Shown: one piece after another, positions 1 to 8,430 of the stretch | How positions within the stretch are numbered: the first letter of the stretch is position 1 | Layout of the letters: each line of letters opens with the position of its first letter | From: Candidatus Aphodosoma sp. | GTDB taxonomy: Bacteria; Bacteroidota; Bacteroidia; Bacteroidales; Paludibacteraceae | Direction of reading: 5' to 3' | NCBI GenBank assembly: GCA_045614825.1 | Contig: JAZLDO010000040.1 | Location: 3,815-67,814 of the forward strand | DNA length: 64,000 nucleotides | Program-made: the position numbers and the translations under genes | The notes under the pieces: generated by a model | Told to the model about the DNA's origin: nothing | The model's input: only the letters and a program-made list of their open reading frames with translations | Databases searched by the model: none

Positions 1-806
1 TAGTGTATTCTACCCTTATAACCAGTGATGCCAGTTTGCATACTAAGAAGGTCGTCATTCTTAGACTTCTTATAATCTGCATTATCGCGTTTGAGTTGGA
101 ATTCGGCAGCCTTGAGATAGTCGCAAGGGTCGAACTCATACGAAATAGCCAAAGGAGCGAGGTTTAACGACTTCAAATTCTCGATGAAATCGGCTTTTCC
201 TGACAAAGCAAACATCTTGATGAGGCTCTCTTGAGTGCGATCGTTAGAGTCTTTAGCACGACCTTCACGTTGAGCAATCCAAGCCGAAACATTCTTCTCT
301 GTGATAGCGTAACGAATATAACTACTAAGTTGCATAAACGACTTAGCCATGTCGCGAGGCGAGAGACCGCGTTTAACAATAAAACAGCGATTTAATCGCA
401 CCAAAGTGCGTATCCAGTCAGCCGCGAGAAGATTGTCGCCAATAGCAATTTCGCAAGTAGTGCCAGTAGTGCGCATAAGCGAAAGAGCAAGAAGCGATGG
501 ATCCATTACGATATCGCGATGATTACTAATAAACAAAGTTGGCAATGAAGAGATGTGCTCCTCACCCGATACAGTTAACGACGTAGCAGAAGTAGAAATC
601 AAGGCTTCGAGAATTGGACGAATGACCATATTCTGAAATTCCACCAAATTAGAGAACCTACTACTTGCTTGTGCAATTTGGTCTAAATTGACCATAGGGA
701 AGTAGGTTTTGATGAGATGCACGAAAGAAGCATCGCTTAAGAGCGATTGCAAATTTTCGGCGATTTCATCGTTGTTTACAGGACGAATGTCATCAAAATA
801 ATTCAT
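1..806 (-). CDS. PlsC-family lipid acyltransferase, C-terminus cut by window edge
   Basis: My own minus-strand translation from the ATG at 804-806 stays open to nt 1 (MNYFDDIRPVNNDEIAENLQ...TLFISNHRDIVMDPSLLAL...CEIAIGDNLL...IAQREGRAKD). The NHRD..D and EGR blocks resemble PF01553 acyltransferases. It is absent from the ORF track because it runs off the window. Confidence 0.6.
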   Translation of the reverse strand, partial: MNYFDDIRPVNNDEIAENLQSLLSDASFVHLIKTYFPMVNLDQIAQASSRFSNLVEFQNMVIRPILEALISTSATSLTVSGEEHISSLPTLFISNHRDIVMDPSLLALSLMRTTGTTCEIAIGDNLLAADWIRTLVRLNRCFIVKRGLSPRDMAKSFMQLSSYIRYAITEKNVSAWIAQREGRAKDSNDRTQESLIKMFALSGKADFIENLKSLNLAPLAISYEFDPCDYLKAAEFQLKRDNADYKKSKNDDLLSMQTGITGYKGRIH

Positions 807-810
807 ATTT

Positions 811-896
811 TTAGATATTTAGTAGCGAGTAACGAGTAACGAGACTTGCCATTCAAAATTTTAGATATTTAGTAGCAAGTAGCAAGACTTACCATT
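811..896. repeat. Tandem duplication (about 50-nt period) with different internal 7-mers
   Basis: TTAGATATTTAGTAGCGAGTAACGAGTAACGAGACTTGCCATT (811-853) is repeated as TTAGATATTTAGTAGCAAGTAGCAAGACTTACCATT (861-896). Confidence 0.85.
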
Positions 897-898
897 TT

Positions 899-954
899 AA
901 TTCTCAATTCTCAATTCTCAATTCTCAATTCTCAATTCTCAATTCTCAACTCTC
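899..954. repeat. Heptamer tandem array (AATTCTC)x7 + AACTCTC
   Basis: Counted directly as 8 units of 7 nt. It overlaps the lolD 3' end and supplies the lolD stop codon. Confidence 0.95.
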
Positions 955-1592
955 CCATCAATCATGCGGATGACGCGGTCGGAGATAGAGGCGAGTTCTT
1001 CGTCGTGTGTCACGATGAGAATTGTTTGTCCGAAAGTGTCGCGCAGGTCGAAAAAGAGACGGTGAAGTTCGGTGCGATTCTGCGAGTCGAGACTACCAGA
1101 AGGCTCATCGGCAAGGATAATTTCGGGTTTATTGATAAGCGCACGGGCTACAGCAACACGTTGTTTTTCTCCACCCGAAAGTTCCGATGGTTTGTGACTG
1201 CAACGTTCGGCAAGTCCGAGATATTCAAGCAAACGGCGCGCCTCTTTACGTGCTTCAGACATAGATACACCAGCAATCAAAGCAGGCATCATCACATTCT
1301 CTTCTGCAGTGAATTCGGGCAAAAGTTGATGAAACTGGAACACAAAACCAATGTGCTTATTGCGAAAAGCAGAGAGTTCACGTTCTTTGAGAGAGAGTAC
1401 ATCGGTGCCATTAAGTATCACAGAGCCAGAATTAGGTCGGTCGAGAGTACCGACAATTTGCAAAAGAGTAGTTTTGCCAGCGCCACTTGGTCCCATGATA
1501 CTAACTATCTCGCGAGGTGCAATATGAAGGTCAACGCCTTTGAGCACTTCGAGAGAATCGTAAGATTTGTGTATGTTGTTTATTTTTATCAT
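939..1592 (-). CDS. lolD: ABC transporter ATP-binding protein, LolD/MacB type
   Basis: 217 aa with Walker [10 protein letters not shown], signature LSGGEKQR, Walker [12 protein letters not shown] and H-loop VTHD. The last codons and the TGA stop lie inside heptamer array 899-954. Confidence 0.8.
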   Translation of the reverse strand: MIKINNIHKSYDSLEVLKGVDLHIAPREIVSIMGPSGAGKTTLLQIVGTLDRPNSGSVILNGTDVLSLKERELSAFRNKHIGFVFQFHQLLPEFTAEENVMMPALIAGVSMSEARKEARRLLEYLGLAERCSHKPSELSGGEKQRVAVARALINKPEIILADEPSGSLDSQNRTELHRLFFDLRDTFGQTILIVTHDEELASISDRVIRMIDGRVEN

Positions 1593-1603
1593 ATTATAGA
1601 CAT

Positions 1604-1624
1604 GAGATACGAGACACGAGACGA
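1604..1624. repeat. Heptamer array GAGATAC GAGACAC GAGACGA
   Basis: Three 7-nt units directly upstream of the lolD start. Confidence 0.8.
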
Positions 1625-1649
1625 TTATTTATTCAACCTGCGGTTGATA

Positions 1650-1669
1650 GGACACGGCACGCCGTGTCC
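1650..1669. repeat. REP-like GC hairpin GGACACGGC-AC-GCCGTGTCC
   Basis: Abuts the tcdA stop codon. Same stem family as 58723-58742 and 58785-58805. Confidence 0.7.
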
Positions 1670-2386
1670 CTACTTGGTAAGTTGGCGGATGACATGTGAG
1701 GCGAGGCAACAGCCAAAAACGGCTGGCATGTAGCTGACAGTGCCTACGTTAGACTTTTTGTTTTGTTCGCCTTCGGTGATTTCGACCCTTTCGCGAGCCA
1801 CAACTTCGGCTGAATAGACTACAGTAATACCCTTACGGACACCTAATTTGTGCAGACGTTTGCGCACCATACGAGCAAGTTTGCAATAGTCGGACTTAGA
1901 AATGTCGTCAATCTTGACTTGCGTAGGATCGAGTTTACCACCAGAGCCCATGCTGCTTGCAATAGGGATATTGCGCTCGACAGCTTGGTGCAATAAATAG
2001 ACCTTCGGAGCAAGGGTATCAATGGCATCGATTACATAGTCGTAAGGCTCGCTTTCGAGGACTTCGATAGTGCGCTCATCACGCAAATATTCGTGAATTA
2101 ATCGGAGTTTTACGTCAGGGTTTATATCAAGTAAACGTTCGGCAAGCACATCTACTTTGGCACGTCCGACGGTAGATTTTAGAGCAATGAGTTGGCGATT
2201 GCGATTGGTGTCGCTAACCACGTCGGCATCGACAAGAGTCAAATGACCAACACCGGCACGAACAAGCATCTCGGCAGCGTAGGCACCTACGCCACCAACA
2301 CCAACGACTAAGATGTTGGATTTGGCGAGTTTTTCGACGGATTCATCGCCAAACATTAGGATTGTTCGTTCTTGCCAGAGATTCAT
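1670..2386 (-). CDS. tcdA: tRNA threonylcarbamoyladenosine dehydratase (ThiF/E1-like)
   Basis: 238 aa with Rossmann motif VVGVGGVGAYAAEMLVRAGVG followed by TLVDADVVSDTNRNRQ. Length and C-terminal region are typical of TcdA/CsdL. Confidence 0.8.
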   Translation of the reverse strand: MNLWQERTILMFGDESVEKLAKSNILVVGVGGVGAYAAEMLVRAGVGHLTLVDADVVSDTNRNRQLIALKSTVGRAKVDVLAERLLDINPDVKLRLIHEYLRDERTIEVLESEPYDYVIDAIDTLAPKVYLLHQAVERNIPIASSMGSGGKLDPTQVKIDDISKSDYCKLARMVRKRLHKLGVRKGITVVYSAEVVARERVEITEGEQNKKSNVGTVSYMPAVFGCCLASHVIRQLTK

Positions 2387-2401
2387 TTTTTATTTTTTTA
2401 T

Positions 2402-2437
2402 CGGACTGGTCGGACTAGTCAGACTAGTCGGACTAAT
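2402..2437. repeat. 9-nt tandem array (CGGACTGGT CGGACTAGT CAGACTAGT CGGACTAAT)
   Basis: Four units between the tcdA start and the chrA stop. Confidence 0.85.
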
Positions 2438-2446
2438 TGAACTTTA

Positions 2447-2983
2447 TTAGTATATTATTAAACCTATGATAGCTGCGGAGAGAATCATCAATATTGGACT
2501 TAGTTTGAGCCATTTAGTGGCAATAAATGCGCCAGCGAAGATGAGCCATGCTGTCCAATCGGAATAATTTGTGCCAAATGTTTCTTCGGTGATGAGAAGA
2601 AGTGCAGCAGCAGCAATTAGTCCGATGACTACGGGACGCAAGATGCGCATAATGCTATCGATATATTTATTATCCTTTTTCTTTGACATAAAGGCAATTA
2701 AAAGCATCATTATAATGAACGAAGGCAAGACAAGGGCAAATGTAGCAAGCGCTGAGCCAAAGGCGTTGCCTGTGGCAAGATAACCAGCATAGGTAGCACA
2801 GTTGATGCCGATGGGTCCAGGTGTGATTTGACTGACCGCCACCATATTAGTGAACTCAGATGCCGTAATCCACCCGTAATGCTCCACAACCTCGAACTGA
2901 ATAAGAGAGAGCATTGCGGCTCCGCCTCCGAATCCGAAGAGTCCTATCTTGAAGAAAGTTATGAAGAGTTGTAAGTAAAGCAT
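2447..2983 (-). CDS. chrA: Chromate (CHR family) transporter, half-size subunit
   Basis: 178 aa polytopic hydrophobic protein with the CHR motif FGFGGGAAMLSLIQFEVV..GWIT..EF. Confidence 0.75.
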   Translation of the reverse strand: MLYLQLFITFFKIGLFGFGGGAAMLSLIQFEVVEHYGWITASEFTNMVAVSQITPGPIGINCATYAGYLATGNAFGSALATFALVLPSFIIMMLLIAFMSKKKDNKYIDSIMRILRPVVIGLIAAAALLLITEETFGTNYSDWTAWLIFAGAFIATKWLKLSPILMILSAAIIGLIIY

Positions 2984-2986
2984 TGA

Positions 2987-3014
2987 AGTGAGGAATTAGG
3001 AGTGAGGAGTTTTT
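2987..3014. repeat. Heptamer array AGTGAGG AATTAGG AGTGAGG AGTTTTT
   Basis: Spans the 12-nt junction of the two chrA halves and encodes the last residues (..TPHS) of the upstream half. Confidence 0.75.
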
Positions 3015-3550
3015 TTGTTTTTTCTTTTGCGATATTCAACATCTGCAGCCCCACTGATAATAGCAACGAGGATAACCCAAATTGGCGATACACCAAGGAG
3101 CCAAATGAGTAAAGCTGATAAAATTGGTATCCAAATAGTTTTAATTGTTATTTTGGCAGTTTTGGCAAGTTTAAAAACTGGCACTGCGATAAGTGCAATT
3201 ACGGCAGGACGAATGGCACGAAAGGCACGAACAACGTATTCATTGTCTTGAAATTGATTAAGAAACATTGCAAAAATAAGAATTGCAATGAAAGAGGGAA
3301 GTCCGGCACCAAGAGCACTGACGATAGCACCTCGTTTGCCTGCAATTTTTTCGCCCACAAGTATAGAGATATTCATGGCAAGTATGCCCGGTGCTGTCTG
3401 CGCAAGGACAACCATATCGAGAAAATCTTCGGACGTAATCCACTGACGCTTAACGACAACCTCCGCTTCGATGACAGGCAACATGGCATAGCCTCCACCA
3501 ATGGTGAAAGCTCCGATTTTCATAAACGAAGTGAAGAGTTGCCAAAGCAT
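2996..3550 (-). CDS. chrA: Chromate (CHR family) transporter, half-size subunit
   Basis: 184 aa from the ATG at 3548-3550 with CHR motif GAFTIGGGYAMLPVIEAEVV..RQWIT..DF. The track ORF extends to 3724 but crosses a -7 box (3575-3582) and a repeat element, so I shortened it. Confidence 0.7.
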   Translation of the reverse strand: MLWQLFTSFMKIGAFTIGGGYAMLPVIEAEVVVKRQWITSEDFLDMVVLAQTAPGILAMNISILVGEKIAGKRGAIVSALGAGLPSFIAILIFAMFLNQFQDNEYVVRAFRAIRPAVIALIAVPVFKLAKTAKITIKTIWIPILSALLIWLLGVSPIWVILVAIISGAADVEYRKRKNKKTPHS

Positions 3551-3574
3551 AATATACGCAATATAAAAAACGTA

Positions 3575-3582
3575 CAAATATA
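3575..3582 (-). promoter_or_regulatory. Bacteroidota -7 box TATATTTG upstream of chrA
   Basis: Matches TAnnTTTG on the minus strand, 25 nt before the ATG at 3550. Confidence 0.5.
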
Positions 3583-3625
3583 CGAAAAAGTTTTTACCTA
3601 CGCAATAGGTAATTGTTTTTTGACG

Positions 3626-3745
3626 ACACACAATGAGAGTGTGTATTTTTAAGGTTCGGTGAAGGTTGCTTGCAGGTTGCTCTATGGTATATTTAAATTT
3701 TGGAAATTTCGAGATTGAATACACAATGAGAGTGTGTGTTTTTGA
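3626..3745. repeat. About 120-bp dispersed element, copy A
   Basis: Two copies of the hairpin unit (GAAT)ACACAnTGAGAGTGTGT + T-run flank the core AGGTTGCTTGCAGGTTGCT. Same organisation and orientation as 14488-14599. Confidence 0.8.
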
Positions 3746-3802
3746 GTAGAGATTTTTTATTTTTTTAGGTCTTAAAAATTTGCGTATTTCGAAAAAAATT
3801 AC

Positions 3803-3810
3803 TACATTTG
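3803..3810 (+). promoter_or_regulatory. -7 box TACATTTG upstream of gyrB
   Basis: TAnnTTTG, 60 nt before the ATG. Confidence 0.5.
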
Positions 3811-3854
3811 TAAGTTAAAACAGATATTTCACGTTTTTCAGTCTAAAAAACTAA

Positions 3855-5828
<1,974 letters not shown>

Positions 5829-5830
5829 TA

Positions 5831-5858
5831 AAGTTGAAAGTTGAGAGTTGAAAGTTAC
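5831..5858. repeat. Heptamer array AAGTTGA AAGTTGA GAGTTGA AAGTTAC
   Basis: Begins 3 nt after the gyrB stop, in the TGA-containing orientation on the plus strand. Confidence 0.9.
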
Positions 5859-5934
5859 CATTCGGGATTAACTATTCATTAATCAAAAAACTTTTAAATT
5901 ATTAAGATTATTAACTTCTAAAACTATAGAATAT

Positions 5935-7059
5935 ATGAAATTTACGGTATCAAGTTCATTACTTCTTAGTCGCCTACAAATGGTAGGTAAAGTGATTAGT
6001 TCAAAAAACACTATGGCTATCTTGGATAATTTCTTACTCCAAGTAAATGGTAGTCAGCTTACTATCACAGCTTCAGACCTCGAAACCACGCTTACAACAT
6101 CTCTTGAAATTGACAATCAAGAGGGCGATATAACAATTGCATTGCCTGCAAAACTTTTGATGGATTCGCTCAAAGAGTTCCCAGAACAACCACTTTGCTT
6201 CGATATTAACCCAGAAAACTTGGCAGTTGTATTCCGCACAGAAACAGGCAATTATAACTTTATCGGACAAAATGGCAACGAATATCCAAAAGCTCCTGCA
6301 TTGAAAGAAGAGAACTTTAAATGCACTATGGATGCTACAGTTCTTGGCACAGGTGTAGGAAAAACAGCGTTTGCAGCTGCAACAGAAGACTTACGCCCTA
6401 CAATGACAGGTATTTTCTTCCACTTTAGCAATAATGGCGTTACTTTTGTTGCCACTGATGCTCACAAACTTGTTCGCCTAAACAATAACACCGTTCAAAC
6501 AGAGAATGAGGCGTCGTTCATTCTTCCACGTAAAGCAGCCAATATGGTTAAAAACCTTGTAGCAAGCGAAAAAGGTGAAGTAAAAGTAAGCTTTGATGAT
6601 AAAAATATTATCTTTGAAATGCCTACTTATCACATGATTTGTCGCCAAATCGAAGGTCGTTTCCCTAATTACAATGGTGTTATTCCACAAAACAACCCAT
6701 ACGAAATCATCCTTGATCGCCACCAATTTATTAGCTCAATCAAACGTATTATTGCATTTGCTAACCAAGGTACTTATCTTGTTAAATTGAGCATTTCAAC
6801 TGGCAAAATGACCCTCTCGGCTCAAGATATTGATTTTAGCATCTCTGCTCAAGAGACTATTCCTTGCCAATTCGAAGGCGAATCTATCAATATTGGCTTT
6901 AAAGCTCCGCTTTTGGTGGATATTCTCAATGGTATTTCAAGCAATGAAGTGCGCTTGCAATTGGCTGATCCATCACGTGCAGGTATCATTCTTCCACTCG
7001 AAAATGAAGAAAATGAGGATATGCTCACATTGTTGATGCCTATGCTTATTAATGAATAA
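5935..7059 (+). CDS. dnaN: DNA polymerase III beta sliding clamp
   Basis: 374 aa with three-domain clamp-like periodicity, the typical N-terminus MKFTVSSS.LL..L..V..VI and C-terminal LLMPM. Confidence 0.9.
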   Translation: MKFTVSSSLLLSRLQMVGKVISSKNTMAILDNFLLQVNGSQLTITASDLETTLTTSLEIDNQEGDITIALPAKLLMDSLKEFPEQPLCFDINPENLAVVFRTETGNYNFIGQNGNEYPKAPALKEENFKCTMDATVLGTGVGKTAFAAATEDLRPTMTGIFFHFSNNGVTFVATDAHKLVRLNNNTVQTENEASFILPRKAANMVKNLVASEKGEVKVSFDDKNIIFEMPTYHMICRQIEGRFPNYNGVIPQNNPYEIILDRHQFISSIKRIIAFANQGTYLVKLSISTGKMTLSAQDIDFSISAQETIPCQFEGESINIGFKAPLLVDILNGISSNEVRLQLADPSRAGIILPLENEENEDMLTLLMPMLINE

Positions 7060-7070
7060 TCTTTATTAAA

Positions 7071-7098
7071 TGCATAATTCATAATGCATAATTCATAA
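7071..7098. repeat. Heptamer array TGCATAA TTCATAA TGCATAA TTCATAA
   Basis: Lies just after the dnaN stop. A related shorter copy sits at 13578-13591 after obg. Confidence 0.85.
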
Positions 7099-7146
7099 TT
7101 TATGGGTTATGCATTTTTTATATAGACAGGAGATATCAGATACGAG

Positions 7147-7965
7147 ATGCAAGATATTACACCGTACATAAAAAGATTGTTGATGAGCCATATAACAGGT
7201 TTGTCTATGACTCAATTGTTGGCTGAAAGAGATTTATGCCTTTCGGAAGAACAACAAACGTGGTATAATGAGGCTATTGCGAGACTGAAAAACAATGAAC
7301 CATTACAACATGTACTAGGTTATTGCGAGTTTTATGGACGTAAGTTTAAATGCGATGGCAGAGCCCTTGTGCCTCGACCTGAGACTGAAGAACTTGTAGA
7401 GTGGATTGCGTCTAATTGGTCAACAGTCAACAGTCAACAGTCAACAGTCAAAATTCTTGATATTGGTACAGGAACAGGATGTATTGCTTTGTCGTTGGCA
7501 AAGGAGTTGCCTATGGCTAAAATTATAGCATTGGATATATCGAAAGAGGCTTTAAGTCTTGCGCGTGAAAATGCCGAAATGTTGGAGGTGAAGAATGTTG
7601 ATTTTGCCGAAGGAGATATATTAAATATGGGCGATGAGCATGTGGTGGCAAGAGAAAAATATGCAGTGATTGTAAGCAATCCACCATACGTGCGTGAATG
7701 CGAAAAGGTAGAGATGGAAGCAAATGTACTTGATTATGACCCTCATACTGCGTTGTTTGTATCGGATGAAGACCCCTTAATTTTCTATCGAACTATTGCT
7801 AAATTTGCATTGACACATCTTACACCTAATGGTGCGCTCTATTTTGAAATAAATCAGTATCTTGGTAGGGAGACTTGTGATTTGTTAGTTGCAATGGGAT
7901 ATAGAAATGTAGAGCTGAGAGATGACATTAATGGGAATGCGAGAATGGTAAAAGCCACATTATAA
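7147..7965 (+). CDS. prmC: Release-factor glutamine N5-methyltransferase
   Basis: 272 aa with SAM motif ILDIGTGTGCI and catalytic NPPY (VSNPPYV). It carries an in-frame CAACAGT array at 7421-7448. Confidence 0.85.
   Translation: MQDITPYIKRLLMSHITGLSMTQLLAERDLCLSEEQQTWYNEAIARLKNNEPLQHVLGYCEFYGRKFKCDGRALVPRPETEELVEWIASNWSTVNSQQSTVKILDIGTGTGCIALSLAKELPMAKIIALDISKEALSLARENAEMLEVKNVDFAEGDILNMGDEHVVAREKYAVIVSNPPYVRECEKVEMEANVLDYDPHTALFVSDEDPLIFYRTIAKFALTHLTPNGALYFEINQYLGRETCDLLVAMGYRNVELRDDINGNARMVKATL
7421..7448. repeat. Heptamer array (CAACAGT)x4 inside prmC
   Basis: In frame, encoding ..STVNSQQSTV.. immediately before the SAM-binding motif. Confidence 0.9.
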
Positions 7966-7979
7966 ATTAAAAATTGAAT

Positions 7980-8426
7980 ATGAATGATATACTATTAAAT
8001 AAAGCAGCGACGTATGCTTCAAGATGTGAACATTGCGAGAGTGAAGTGAGGGAAAAACTTATGAATTGGTGTGCATCTCGCGAAGAAACAGACGAAATTA
8101 TTGCATACCTTATAGAGGAGCGCTATATTGATAATCAGCGATATGCCAATAGTTATGCTAAAGATAAATTTAGGTTTAACCATTGGGGAAAATACAAGAT
8201 TGGGATGATGCTCAAAAGTAAGAATATTGATAATGAGTTTATAGAAGGAGCTTTAGGTCAAATAGAAGAAGAGGAGTATTTAGAGAAATTAGAACAGATA
8301 TTGCGTGATAAGTTACGCTCTCTAAAATATTCATCAGAGTATGAAAAAAAAGGCAAACTATTTAAGTTTGCCCAATCACGCGGATTTGAATCATCCGCTA
8401 TTTCGAAGGTTATAGATAATCTATAA
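7980..8426 (+). CDS. recX: Recombination regulator RecX
   Basis: 148 aa from the ATG at 7980 (the track start 7974 is TTG). It shows the helical-repeat RecX pattern (YIDNQRYANSYAKDKFRFNHWGKYKI). Confidence 0.7.
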   Translation: MNDILLNKAATYASRCEHCESEVREKLMNWCASREETDEIIAYLIEERYIDNQRYANSYAKDKFRFNHWGKYKIGMMLKSKNIDNEFIEGALGQIEEEEYLEKLEQILRDKLRSLKYSSEYEKKGKLFKFAQSRGFESSAISKVIDNL

Positions 8427-8430
8427 CCTT

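Noticed and set aside
173-379. 68-aa minus-strand ORF from the track
   Set aside because: It lies in a different frame inside the longer open acyltransferase reading frame (1-806), which has recognisable motifs. It is a shadow ORF.
899-954. Possible CRISPR array (regular short repeats, also at 52241-52310 and 52846-52943)
   Set aside because: The units are 7 nt and contiguous without spacers, and no cas genes are present. These are microsatellite-like arrays, not CRISPR.
1005-1733. 242-aa plus-strand ORF
   Set aside because: It is antisense to lolD and overlaps the tcdA 3' end. It has no motifs, while the opposite strand carries clear Walker/ABC motifs.
2447-3550. Split chromate transporter as a pseudogenised chrA
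   Set aside because: Both halves are intact, each has its own CHR motif, and they are separated by 12 nt. Paired short-chain CHR genes are a known arrangement.
3551-3724. N-terminal 58-codon extension of the chrA ORF
   Set aside because: The extension runs through a TAnnTTTG box and the 120-bp repeat element. The conserved CHR motif begins right after the internal Met at 3550.
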